Origin: Paraspadella gotoi
Lineage: Eukaryota > Animalia > Chaetognatha
NCBI GenBank assembly: GCA_051294375.1
Contig: CM119270.1
Span: 5,340,152-5,404,151, forward strand
Direction: 5' to 3'
DNA: 64,000 nt
The position numbers were made by a program, and so were the translations under genes. How positions within the stretch are numbered: position 1 is the stretch's first letter; each line of letters starts with the position of its first letter. Positions 13,131 through 26,490 of the stretch are shown piece after piece. Under the pieces are notes generated by a model that did no database searches, was not told the DNA's origin, and saw only the letters and a program-made list of their open reading frames with translations.

Positions 13131-13470
13131 TTTTTTAGTTGCGCCGTGAGTACTCGCTAAGTCATAAGTCATAAGTCACTTTTCGGTCGGTCTGTGGTAT
13201 GTCTGTTCGTCCACTTACGTTAAAAATCATATAATTTGCCTATAGTTGTTGTCATTTGTTAAGACAGAAAAAACCTCAAATCAAGTGACTGTCGGAGGCC
13301 GCTTCAGGAAATCCTAAAACTAAAAGCAATAAAAGACGTTTTGATGCAGTGCATGTCATAAATACACAAGCTAAAAAAGTATTGTAATCATGTATTCATG
13401 TCATCTCAGGTCAAGTCATGAGATAAGGCAGTTACCTCGGCGCAACACATTTGAATTACTGTTCTTGTTT
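13131..13470 (+). mobile_element. HINE/DINE-1-like non-autonomous Helentron element
   Basis: T-run, subterminal IR gttgcgccg (13138), gtcggtcggtctgt..gtctgt..gtcc microsatellite, matching cggcgcaac (13438-46), and a CTTGTT end in a T-run. Confidence 0.65.
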
Positions 13471-14488
13471 TTAGATGTTTTATCCTCAGAAACCATATAG
13501 TTCTGACCCTAGCATCCATTTTTTTTTTGCTGCGTCTATTGATTTTTTTCTTTTTAATATTTTCTTTTATTTTCCAGAACAAGGTTTTATGTATCCCTTT
13601 TCTATTGACCTGTTTCTAGGCTCCAGTTATCCTTTTCTCCTTTTTTTAAATTTCTATCTTTTTCTATCTTTCTTTCTAACATTTATGTATTCTTTCATTA
13701 TTTTCCTAAAAAGGAACCCGTTTAAATCCACCGGCCCCAATTGTTAAATTATTATTAGATTATCCTTTTTCACTCTTTTTTTCTTTCTTTCTTTAATATC
13801 TTTTATATGAACAACAATATTTAACAACTGACGATCTCTTCTTGCTCGACATGCCAAATAAAATTTTATACAAGTAATGTATTTTTTCAAAGAATTTTAT
13901 TCGATACTTCTATAGGGTCTGTGGGTCAGTGCTCAGCTCGTATTTTTGAAGGGAAGCTCGTGAACTTGATGGTCTTTTTTTAAAATCATACTGATTGCAA
14001 TGATTTATTTTAAAATATTGCAAAAATTATACAGCATTTCTAATCGACTTGTTTATAATTCGAAATTTAGAAACTGAAGTTTGCTCAAAAACTAAAGTTG
14101 TCAAAATTGATTTCTTTTCGTAAATAGCTCCGTTGGGAAAAACAAAAAGAACCCTAATCCTCCATTACTAGCAATTGCCACTATTCCTTAATAATAAATG
14201 CAAAAAAAAATTCAAGCTTTTTCCGTTGGCGTCGCCATTATGGCTGTCAGTGACCGATTACGACCGCCTCCGTCCTCGTCGCTATTTTCGTCGTTTTCGT
14301 CGTCGCCGACGCCGCTTCCCGCTCCAAAAAATCAATCTTCAATAACCTGTGCTGAACTGTGGAACGACATGGGCTTAACGTTCTACAACGTCGAACGAGA
14401 GCGATTTTTTTTTCCTTCTTCTGTTCCTCGCTCTCCTTCCACCCCCCCCAAAAAAAAACTTATGTAGTATAGATTCTTTCGATAGTCA

Positions 14489-14834
14489 TTTTTTTAGTTG
14501 CGCCGTGAGTACTCGCTAAAGTCATAAGTCATAAGTCACTTTTCGGTCGGTCTGTCGGTATGTCTGTCCGTCCACTTACGTTAAAAATGCATATAATTTG
14601 CCTATAGTTGGTTGCTCATTGTTAAGACAGAAAAAACCTCAAATCCAAGTGACTGTCGCGCCGCCTTCAGGAAATCCTAAAACTAAAAGCAATAAAAGAC
14701 GTTTTGATGCAGTGCATGTCATAAATACACAAGCTAAAAAGTATTGTAATCATGTATTCATGTCATCTCAGGTCAAGTCATGAGATAAGCAGTTACCTCG
14801 GCGCACAACATTTGAATTACTGTTCTTTGTTTTT
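14489..14834 (+). mobile_element. Second copy of HINE-like element (within duplication A)
   Basis: Same structure as 13131-13470. Confidence 0.6.
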
Positions 14835-15166
14835 AGATGTTTTATCCTAAGAAACCATATAGTTCTGACCCTAGCATCCATTTTTTTTTGCTGCGTCTAT
14901 TGATTTTTTCTTTTAATATTTTCTTTTATTTTCCAGAACAAGGTTTTATGATCCCTTTTCTATTGACCTGTTTTCTAGGCTCCAGTTATCCTTTTCTCCT
15001 TTTTTTAAATTTCTATCTTTTCTATCTTTCTTTCTAACATTTATGTATTCTTTCATTATTTTCCTAAAAAGGAACCCGTTTAAATCCACCGGCCCCAATT
15101 GTTAAATTATTATTAGATTACTTTTTCACTCTTTTTTTCTTTCTTTCTTTAATATCTTTTATATGA

Positions 15167-17971
15167 TGAGAATTTCGCGGGCCAAATCCTTGCAGTTTAA
15201 ACTGTTAAACTTCGCGCAGTTTCGGGGAAGAGAACTATAAGTTCACCGCAACTACGCCCTGCGGCGGCCTTCGCCGGGGATATCATTCCCGGCAAATCCC
15301 CGCCCCAATTCTTGACGGGGACAGAACAATGGGCCACTTATCTATCTCTCTCTCTCTCTCTGTGTCTCTCTTTCCTCTCTCGAAGAAGAAGACGAAAAGA
15401 AAGATATGAAAAACAATAAAAAAAGTTAAGAAAAGAAAATATAGAAAGATAGAAAGAAAAAGAAAGAAAAAAAGGAAGAAGGAAATAAAAAATAAAGAAA
15501 AAATAAAAGAAAAGAGAAAAGAAAAAAGGAAAAAAAATCAATCTATCAATCAAGTTTGTGCAAACAATTAATTTATTAATTTAATTAATGTTTTAACTGA
15601 TTAATTAATTAATTATTACTAATGATCGTGGGCAGATCTGACATTGTTTGCTCAAACTTGCTTTGTTAAAGACTGGGTTTGAGGTTAGGAATTAGGTATA
15701 TTTATTAGGTTTGTTTATATTTTTTTCTAGTGTTGCTGCAACTAAAAAAATAAAAAAATAAAATTTTATATAAATAATTTATCTACAAAAATGAACTGAA
15801 ACAAAAATGTTTTTAAACTGAATAGATTTTATTTTTAATATTTTTAGATTATTTTATATTTAATAATTTTCCTCAACATATTTCTTTTATTCAAAGTGAA
15901 ACAAAAATTTTTTTAAAACTAAAAGTTTTTTGTAAAAACTTTCCAAGAACTGTATTTTAGAAGGAACAGGTTTTTAACTGACAATAGAAATTTATAAGAA
16001 GAAACTTATATGATTAAAAATAGTAAGAGGGAAGAGACTTCTGTGAAGCAAGTTATGTGAACTACATAGAATACAATTTTTTTTCATTTTAAGTTTGTAC
16101 CTTAGAGGAAGACAGAAGTCTTCGAAGTACTGTGCTAATTCTTTATGAATAAATTATTATTTCTACTAACTTTCAATTTTTTTCTGGTATGAAAGACCGA
16201 ATCTATTCTCAGCCATCAAGCCAATATATTATTTATTTTTAAATTAGGATCATTAATATTTTTTATGTTTTCAGTTAAAATATTTTTATAACAAGGACTG
16301 CCTATGATGAACAGATTTTGTGATTCGGGCCGGGGATAGGGCTTCAAATGTCATCCCATCAAAAATAGTGGCGGGGATTCTCCGCGTGGATAATGCTGAG
16401 GGCTTCAAATGTTAATCCCCATAAAAAATTAGTGGCGGGGATTCCCTAAAACAGGGGAAAAGAAGACAGTTTTCGTGAACAGAAAGAGGGTGCAGTTGAA
16501 ACTGTCCCTTATAGCCAGTTCAAACTGCGCCTTTTTGACGGCGTAATACTTGTNNNNNNNNNNNNNNNNNNNNNNNNNTGAGATATTTCGCGGGCCATAT
16601 CCTTGCAGTTTAAACTGTTAAACTTCGCGCAGTTTCGGGGAAGAGAACTATAAGTTCACCGCAACTACGCCCTGCGGCGGCCTTCGCCGGGGATATCATT
16701 CCCGGCAAATCCCCGCCCCAATTCTTGACGGGGACAAGACAATGGGCCACTTATCTATCTCTTCTCTCTCTCTCTGTGTCTCTCTTTCTCTCTCGAAGAA
16801 GAAGACGAAAAGAAAGATATGAAAAACAATAAAAAAAGTTAAGAAAGAAAAATAGAAAGATAGAAAGAAAAAGAAAGAAAAAAAGGAAGAAGGAAATAAA
16901 AAATAAAGAAAAAATAAAAGAAAAAGAGAAAAGAAAAAAGGAAAAAAAATCAATCTATCAATCAAGTTTGTGCAAACAATTAATTATTAATTTAATTAAT
17001 GTTTTAACTGATTAATTAATTAATTATTACTAATGATCGTGGGCAGATCTGACATTGTTTGCTCAAACTTGCTTTGTTAAAGACTGGGTTTGAGGTTAGG
17101 AATTAGGTATATTTATTAGGTTTGTTTATATTTTTTTCTAGTGTTGCTGCAACTAAAAAAATAAAAAAATAAAATTTTATATAAATAATTTATCTACAAA
17201 AATGAACTGAAACAATAAATGTTTTTTAAACTGAATAGATTTTATTTTTTATATTTTTTAGATTATTTTATATTTAATAATTTTCCTCAACATATTTCTT
17301 TTATTCAAAGTGAAACAAAAATTTTTTTAATAACTAAAAGTTTTTTGTAAAAACTTTCCAAGAACTGTATTTTAGAAGGAACAGGTTTTTAACTGACAAT
17401 AGAAATTTATAAGAAGAAACTTATATGATTAAAAATAGTAAGAGGAAGAGACTTCTGTGAAGCAAGTTATGTGAACCTAATAGATACAATTTTTTTTCAT
17501 TTTAAGTTTGTACCTTAGAGGAAGACAGAAGTCTTCGAAGTACTGTGCTAATTCTTTATGAATAAATTATTATTTCTACTAACTTTCAATTTTTTTCTGG
17601 TATGCAAAGACCGAATCTATTCTCAGCCATCAAGCCAATATATTATTTATTTTTAAATTAGGATCATTAATATTTTTTATGTTTTCAGTTAAAATATTTT
17701 TATAACAAGGACTGCCTATGATGAACAGATTTTGTGATTCGGGCCGGGGATAGGGCTTCAAATGTCAATCCCCATCAAAAATAGTGGCGGGGATTCTCCG
17801 CCGTGGATAATGCTGAGGGCTTCAAATGTTAATCCCCATAAAAAATAGTGGCGGGGATTCCCTAAAACAGGGGAAAAGAAGACAGTTTTCGTGAACAGAA
17901 AGAGGGTGCAGTTGAAACTGTCCCCTTATAGCCAGTTCAAACTGCGCCTTTTTGGACGGCGTAATACTTGT
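15167..17971. repeat. Tandem duplication B (~1.39 kb x2, N gap between), possibly a non-autonomous rolling-circle element
   Basis: 15167-16553 versus 16579-17971. The unit has gcagtttaaactg near its start and the inverted cagttcaaactgc near its end, then a cgcc..ggcg hairpin and CTTGT. ATATGA flanks both sides. Confidence 0.85.
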
Positions 17972-18678
17972 ATATGATATATTTATTCTTTCATTACTTT
18001 TCTAAACGGAAAACCACTTAGCATGGATTCATCTATTCTTATTTCCTTTACCTTTCCTCAGACTATCTTCTCTTTCTCTCTCTTTCCTTCGCCGTAACTA
18101 ATGAGCCCCGAGGTCATAAATGGAAGCGAAGGCTGCCCATATTTCATATCGCTAGTCAAACGCCTTCTCTACGCTCGCTAAGAAATATGAACAATGAAAT
18201 AAAGAAAAAAATGGTCTTCATAAAATTCCGCACTTTTTTTTCAGTTTCAGTTTTTCATGCAATTAAAATTGATAAAAGGAAATAAAACACTCGTATACTT
18301 AAAAACAAATGCGTCAAGCTTAACGTACAATGTTCTCCAGCAACATTAGACAAATTTATTTTTGGTTGATATTTATAAGTTTGGGAATAGATTTCATAGC
18401 CTTTTTATGATTCAAAAAGGTCCCAGTATATCTAATATACTATATTATACACTACTAGTCTACTACGTATAAATGAGAATATCAAAACGTTCAATCAATT
18501 ATCACAATCAATCAGTCAAAGTGGGCTTCAACCACCTGGAACTTCAAATTTTTTCGTTCTTTTGAAGTCATTAGTTTTTAACTTTTTACAAATATCTATA
18601 TAATTATATATATATATAAATATAATATAATTATATAATAATATATAATATAATAATAGATATAATGATTGATATAAT

Positions 18679-18822
18679 GATTGAAGCTTGCAGGGACCTG
18701 CTATGTCATTATCTTGTAAGAGTGATGAGGCCTAAACACCAAAGCCTGTCCAAAGTCAGGGGCAAGATAGCTTATTTATTAAATGAATGGATAATTTTTA
18801 TATTGGTTGTACCAATTTCATA
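18679..18822 (+). repeat. Dispersed repeat family copy (also at ~21403-21552)
   Basis: gattgaaagcttgcaggg..tgtcattatcttgtaagag..ccaaagtcaggggcaagatagctt..aatgaatgg is nearly identical to 62587-62735. Confidence 0.85.
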
Positions 18823-19356
18823 ATTAAAAAAATATATATGAATGCTATGTCCTCTTTCAAAGCGCCAACCATAATCGTTATATAAGTATTGTGTAATATG
18901 TATTAGTTTCTTGTAAATTAGATAAAAGTCGCGAATAATATACCAATAAAACAATATATTAATTAGGAAATTAAAAGTTAATATCAAGACACAAAAAACA
19001 CCCGCTTATTATAAAATTTTTTATCGTAATCGCGGTCAAAATCATTAAATTGAAAAAATCCCCAACAGCATTCAGCATATTAAAAAACCACTAAAGATTA
19101 TAATGACATAAAAGTTCAATAAGGAAATTAGAAACATTTGTATAACTCTCGCATCCGCTATTTATCTCATTTCAAAAATATAAATAGAAAGCGCCTCTTT
19201 AGACGGTGGTTATTTACTTCACTCGCTCTCGCGGTCGAGTTGGATGGCGAGAGAATGTAAGATTATTAAAATGAGTCAAAGCTTTGGTGATGTTTTGGTC
19301 AACTTTGGTAGGGCGCCTCGAAAAAGGCACTTTAGGTAAGGTTCTCCGACGATCCG

Positions 19357-20345
19357 TTAGGCCGAAACTGGTTCGTCCTTCGACTCTTTGCTTGGATCTG
19401 AGAAGTGTTTTAAATAATTCAATTTAAACGCGAAGGGGCATCTCTGATTCTTTCTCCCTTATAATACATATAATATGTATAATAATTAATAGAGCTCGGA
19501 AATACGAAACGGAGCTCATACGTCATTTGAAGTTACCAACCTTTGTCCAGCAACAGCAACAGGGCCCCGGTAAATACGATAACGACGACGCCCCATCCCA
19601 TTCCGTAGCACCAGCCGATGGCATTTGTGAGAGGACGCTCCGGCGCCATGACGCTCATTTGGCGGGAAACACAATGAGGGCGATCATGAAGAAAATATCT
19701 GAGGTGTGATGATCATGATTGATAAAATTTATTTTCAATTGAAAAGTTATGTGTCAAAGGAATTAGACCTGTCAAGAGATAGAGATACATTCCTGCACGA
19801 AACAAGGTGAACCTGAAAAAAATAATTAACGAATTATCCACTGAATGAATGTATCGATTACAAAATTTCAAATATTGATCGTTTAGAAATTTACGTAAAT
19901 AAATAAGAAAAAGCCAATCTCAAACGAAAAAATCTCAGTGATACACGCAAAGTTTTCACCGGAAACGACTCTTTCCGAGGTAATAATCGACCGTGAATCT
20001 TCATCAACTATTTTTAACGTGAGAATCACGTGACACCATCAGCCTCGGGCGATTAACATCCGTTCGCTTCATCAACTCGAAGCTCATCACTCCCACTCAC
20101 ACGACTTTTTTCACTGTCAAATCGAGTCGCACGCTTCCCACCTGACGCATCTCACACTCAACCTCTCACTTCGCTCCTCACTTCCAAATCACATTACATC
20201 TCACATTCCAATCAGCTTTCACTCCTCACTTCCTTCACTCACCTCCACTTGAAAGGACAACAAAGCCCCACGAAGACGACGATGAGAGCGACGACCAAGA
20301 GAACTTCGCCTACGGTGATGAGGAAGCCCACGGTGAAGAACCATC
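19357..20345 (-). other. Duplicate of exons 4-7 of the TMEM47-like gene (probable assembly duplication)
   Basis: Exons 20345-20243, 19812-19769, 19698-19541 (1 nt short) and ~19397-19357 repeat those at 23071-22082. Confidence 0.8.
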
Positions 20346-22081
20346 CTGGGGAAGAAAAATAAAGATAAGGATTGTTGGATTTGGCCGCCGCTGTGAATGA
20401 GACGGTGTTCACTGCTTAGTGAGGTTCAGTGGATAGGTCTGTCATACTCGAGACAAAATTAATATTTGTAATAATATTCACTATCATACTTGAGCGCAAC
20501 AACGAAATGAAAACAAATTCTACAGTTTTTAGAAGCAAGATTCACATATTTAAAAAAAGAAGTCAGAAAGAAGTAAGTCGATCAACATCCTCTTTTTCGT
20601 TATAAAAAAAATCGATTATTTATATCCTCATAATTTTCTCTGAGAAAAGAATAAATAAAGAAATACAGAAGGCAACAAAGAAATAAAGAAACATATGATA
20701 TATTTATTCTTTCATTACTTTTCTAAACGGAAAACCACTTAGCATGGATTCATCTATTCTTATTTCCTTTACCTTTCCTCAGACTATCTTCTCTTTCTCT
20801 CTCTTTCCTTCGCCGTAACTAATGAGCCCCGAGGTCATAAATGGAAGCGAAGGCTGCCCATATTTCATATCGCTAGTCAAACGCCTTCTCTACGCTCGCT
20901 AAGAAATATGAACAATGAAATAAAGAAAAAAATGGTCTTCATAAAAATTCCGCACTTTTTTTTCAGTTTCAGTTTTTCATGCAATTAAAATTGATAAAAG
21001 GAAATAAAACACTCGTATACTTAAAAACAAATGCGTCAAGCTTAACGTACAATGTTCTCCAGCAACATTAGACAAATTTATTTTTGGTTGATATTTATAA
21101 GTTTGGGAATAGATTTCATAGCCTTTTTATGATTCAAAAAGGTCCCAGTATATCTAATATACTATATTATACACTACTAGTCTACTACGTATAAATGAGA
21201 ATATCAAAACGTTCAATCAATTATCACAATCAATCAGTCAAAGTGGGCTTCAACCACCTGGAACTTCAAAATTTTTTCGTTCTTTTGAAGTCATTAGTTT
21301 TTAACTTTTTACAAATATCTATATAATTATATATATATATAAATATAATATAATTATATAATAATATATAATATAATAATAGATATAATGATTGATATAA
21401 TGATTGAAAGCTTGCAGGGACCTGCTATGTCATTATCTTGTAAGAGTGATGGAGGCCTTAAAACCACCAAAGCCTGTCCAAAGTCAGGGGCAAGATAGCT
21501 TATTTATTAAATGAATGGATAATTTTTATATTGGTTGTACCAATTTCATAATTAAAAAAATATATATGAATGCTATGTCCTCTTCAAAGCGCCAACCATA
21601 ATCGTTATATAAGTATTGTGTAATATGTATTAGTTTCTTGTAAATTAGATAAAAGTCGCGAATAATATACCAATAAACAATATATTAATTAGGAAATTAA
21701 AAGTTAATATCAAGACACAAAAAAACACCCGCTTATTATAAAATTTTTTATCGTAATCGCGGTCAAAATCATTAAATTGAAAAAATCCCCAACAGCATTC
21801 AGCATATTAAAAACCACTAAAGATTATAATGACATAAAAGTTCAATAAGGAAATTAGAAACATTTGTATAACTCTCGCATCCGCTATTTATCTCATTTCA
21901 AAAATATAAATAGAAAGCGCCTCTTTAGACGGTGGTTATTTACTTCACTCGCTCTCGCGGTCGAGTTGGATGGCGAGAGAATGTAAGATTATTAAAATGA
22001 GTCAAAGCTTTGGTGATGTTTTGGTCAACTTTGGTAGGGCGCTCGAAAAAGGCACTTTAGGTAAGGTTCTCCGACGATCCG

Positions 22082-24302
22082 TTAGGCCGAAACTGGTTCG
22101 TCCTTCGACTCTTTGCTTGGATCTGAGAAGTGTTTTAAATAATTCAATTTAAACGCGAAGGGGCATCTCTGATTCTTTCTCCCTTATAATACATATAATA
22201 TGTAATAATAATAGAGCTCGGAAATACGAAACGGAGCTCATACGTCATTTGAAGTTACCAACCTTTGTCCAGCAACAGCAACAGGGCCCCGGTAAATACG
22301 ATAACGACGACGCCCCATCCATTCCGTAGCACCAGCCGATGGCATTTGTGAGAGGACGCTCCGGCGCCATGACGCTCAATTTTGGCGGAAACACAAGAGG
22401 GCGATCATGAAGAAAAATATCTGAGGTGTGATGATCATGATTGATAAAATTTATTTTCAATTGAAAAGTTATGTGTCAAAGGAATTAGACTGTCAAGAAG
22501 ATAGAACATTCCTGGCGAGCGGAAACTAAGGTGAAGGCCTGAAAGAAATAAATTAACGAATTATCCACTGAATGAATGTATCGATTACAAAATTCAAATA
22601 TTGATCGTTTAGAAATTTACGTAAATAAATAAGAAAAAGCCAATCTCAAACGAAAAATCTCAGTGATACACGCAAGTTTTCACCGGAAACGACTCTTTCC
22701 GAGGTAATAATCCGACCGTGAATCTTCATCAACTATTTTTAACGTGAGAATCACGTGACACCATCAGCCTCGGGCGATTAACATCCGTTCACTTCATCAA
22801 CTCGAAAGCTCATCACTCCCACTCACACGACTTTTTTCACTGTCAAATCGAGTCGCACGCTTCCCACCTGACGCATCTCACACTCAACCTCTCACTTCGC
22901 TCCTCACTTCCAAATCACATTACATCTCACATTCCAATCAGCTTTCACTCCTCACTTCCTTCACTCACCTCCACTTGAAAGGACAACAAAGCCCCACGAA
23001 GACGACGATGAGAGCGACGACCAAGAGAACTTCGCCTACGGTGATGAGGAAGCCCACGGTGAAGAACCATCCTGGGGGAAGAAAAATAAAGATAAGGATT
23101 GTTGGATTTTGGCCGCCGCTGTGAATGAGACGGTGTTCACTGCTTAGTGAGGTTCAGTGGATAGGTCTGTCATACTCGAGACAAAATTAATATTTGTAAT
23201 AATATTCACTATCATACTTTGAGCGCAACAACGAAATGAAAACAAATTCTACAGTTTTTAGAAGCAAGATTCACATATTTAAAAAAAGAAGTCAGAAAGA
23301 AGTAAGTTCGATCAACATCCTCTTTTTCGTTATAAAAAAAAATCGATTATTTATATCCTCATAATTTTCTCTGAGAAAAGAATAAATAAAGAAATACAGA
23401 AGGCAACAAAGAAATAAAGAAAAGAAAACATCCGACTAATTCTCCCGCACTCTCAATACAATCGATAACATTCACCAGAGGCAGAGAAAAAAGAAAATAT
23501 ATATATGTAAATATAAAATAAAATATGCGAAATTAACGAAGAAGTATAAATAAAGAGGTCAAAATGTGGGTCGCATCAACATCACGACTACTGTAATCGA
23601 TTAAGTGATGTAACGCGAGGACAATATCAGTAGATAAGCAGAATCGGCGCTCACCAAACTTTTCGGCGATAATGTCGTTGTAGGCCAACTCCTTCACAGG
23701 CTCGCCTCCTTCGACCACTGTGGGCGAGCACGACCAGTCCTCGTCGCCCTTAGTGCGGACGCAGCCCTCGTATAAGCCCCACGAGGCCTCCACGATTGGA
23801 CCCTCGGCACCCTTGACTCTGACAGGGGCCATCGGGCCCGCCCCCGAGGGATAGTAGACCCAATCGGTGGCCAGGAGCGTGGAGAGCATGAAGAAGAAGC
23901 CGATCAGGCCCAGGAACCAGGCCATGCACTGGTAGGAGAAATAAAAAATTATGTAAAATAGACAAGATGTTAAGGTAAAGGTTTCCGACGATATTATTCT
24001 AATTACCTGACGAGGTGGCCAGCAGCAGCAAGGACACCATTTGTAACAGCATTTGATGCAACAGGTCCAGCATTTGCACCAAGTGCAACAATTTTGACAA
24101 CAGGGCGACAGAGAGCATTGACATTTAAAACAACAGGCCTGCAGAAAACGTGCAATCAATTTACATTGTGTAGGGGAAACTCTAAATGGTATTCATAAAT
24201 TGGTCTTATTAAATTTAATTTTTTTAATTAAAAATGTAAAAAACTCGCCTCAAAAGGATCACCGGCGCACCATAGCGCCTCGTCTCGGCAACAGAGACAC
24301 AT
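22082..24302 (-). CDS. TMEM47: TMEM47/PERP/VAB-9-like claudin (PMP22/claudin superfamily) tetraspan protein, ~268 aa, with Cys-rich N-terminus
   Basis: Exons 24302-24249 (GC donor), 24138-24007, 23928-23655, 23071-22969, ~22538-22490, ~22420-22263, 22122-22082. Motifs: TM1-DW...SWGLYEGC-x10-C, TM2 GWFFTVGFLITVGEVLLVVALIVVFVGLCC, IALIVFPAK, and GWCYGMGWGVVVIVFTGALLLLLDK as in TMEM47/VAB-9. The frame is restored by combining the two error-bearing copies. Confidence 0.8.
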
Positions 24303-25426
24303 TTTTCATCCGATGAAAAAAGTCCGGATCAGACTCCGCCCATCAGGTTGTTAGGAATTCTGCAAATAGAGGGGACCAGAGGGGTATCAGGTTCTCACTT
24401 ACCATCAGCAATTTAAAGAACAAAAGCTTATTTTTACTGTGTTTTCATTCTTTTGGAATGCTGAGCTCACTGTTCTGCTCGAATTATTTATTTTATTATT
24501 AAATCAGAGCATTCAACTTCATAACAAAAATCCGAGATAATCACGAGATTCCAGGCTTCCAGATTTGAGATTACAATTCGTACAATAAGCGTTTTTATTC
24601 GTTTCTAACGTTTAGTTCATTTTTTCAACTCGAATTATTTTATCATTTGAAGCGTTAAAAACAAAAATCCATCCAAGATGATAATCACGAAATCTCAGGC
24701 TGTTCCTATCAATTAATTCAAACAATGTTGAATTTTTTTTAATATTCCCACGCAAACCACGAAGGCTTCGTTTTTTTTCGGTTACGCTCGATCACCTTTA
24801 AGGACACACTTTCGCGGTTCTCAAAATTCGCGATCCACAAAATAAAAATCCACTTACCTGACGAGATAAGTCGCGATTTCTTTCTTTTTAGTTTAGCGCG
24901 AAGAAAAGCGAAAACGGAATTAAAACCGACGTGATCTGCTTTCACAATTATTTCAACTTTTTCACACGACGAACAACTACGAGTTTCTCTTTCTCTCTCA
25001 CACACACACAAACAGAGACAGAGAGAGATTCGGCTTCGTAGATGAGGAAAGGATGTTTTCCTTTCTTCCGCCCTGGACTGGATTGGGATCGAAGCGGCGA
25101 AGTGTCGAAGTGGCGAAGCCTCCAGCCCGGATCCCCGGTTCAATGGACGTTGGACGGCCATGTTCGCGTGTTCAGCATCTAAGAGACTCAGATTCATTCT
25201 GTCGGGATCGGGGTTAGTTTAAGGAAGTAACTGGAAAACATAATGCAAAGTGTTACGAATAGAGGTTGGGAAGATGTGGTTTCATCCCAATAGAGGTTCG
25301 CTTAACCAGAGAATAGAAAGGCGCTTTTTCTGTCTACACTTTTCCCTCTTCGGCACACACCTCGGTTATTCGGGCTTGTTTATGTTTACGAGAATGAGTC
25401 AAGACTTTCTCGAAAGGTCGACTAGT

Positions 25427-25477
25427 CAGAAACTACTCTTGGTTTTTCAGAAACTACTCTTGGTTTTTCAGAAACTA
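25427..25477. repeat. 21-bp minisatellite x~2.4
   Basis: cagaaactactcttggttttt repeated. Confidence 0.85.
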
Positions 25478-26490
25478 ATATTATTTCTCTCTCATGAAAA
25501 ACAAACAAGGAATAGGTCTACGACTTATATAATCTAAAACTCACAGTAACAAACTACTATGAAAACTAAATAAGATTTAAATTTTTTTAAATTACTGTAA
25601 ACTTGTTTTGTATAGTATTCTTATCTACATTACTTCTGGGAATTACGTTTAGGTTCGATAAAAAAAGGAATGACAATTTGAAGACTGGGCAATTTATGCT
25701 GCATCACTAAATATTTTCAACAACCGAATCGTTTCAGTCATTTCTTTTGCCACTTTCAAAAAGCCCAGCACAACGTTTAAAATCAACTTCTGTCAAATAT
25801 TTTCGAAAAAGAGTTTTAATACTCAGTTGTAACAGTTCCGTCCTTATCTATTATGTATAGTAACAAATTAAGTATTAGGTCATAAAACAAGTCATTCCAT
25901 TCTTGTAATCTTCAATCGGTTCGGTTTAAATTTAAGAGGTAAAATTTAGCTAAAACGGGAAAAATTTATAGACGATAAAAGAATAAATAATGATCCAACA
26001 TACTAATATTTGAAATTAAGTTGAGCGTTGTTTAATGATGAGGCATTGACTAGAGGTATTACTAGTCGTTTCAGTAAAGGTAAAAGAGATTTAGTCACAA
26101 AAAACTGAGGTATCATCGGTTGATCTCGAGAACAAGAGTCGAGAAATGTGGAAGAAACTTAATAATCGAGTTATAAATAATTTAAAATCTAAAACTAACC
26201 CAAAAAAGGAATCTAAATTACATTACAATAAGAAAAACTTTTAATGGAAGTATCGAGGTAGTCAAATGAGAATTGGGAATACCCATAAGCAAATTTCGCC
26301 TTTACTTTCTTTTTTCAACTTAGTCATATTCCTAAATTTCAGTTTAACTGATACGTATATTGTTGATCATTTACAAACAGACATTTCATATCATAGTTTG
26401 AATTAGTCTGGCCAATTCCGTGAGCTTTCATTTCGCTTTTTATTTAATCTCGACACATAAAAGGCCACACCGCGGCGTCGCCCTCTCCAT

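Larger units (their letters stand above)
12458..15166. repeat. Tandem duplication A (~1.36 kb x2)
   Basis: 12458-13810 versus 13814-15166; differences are mostly small indels. Confidence 0.95.
17972..23421. repeat. Tandem duplication C (~2.72 kb x2)
   Basis: 17972-20691 versus 20693-23421. It duplicates the last four exons of the TMEM47-like gene, and the two copies carry different 1-bp indels. Confidence 0.95.
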
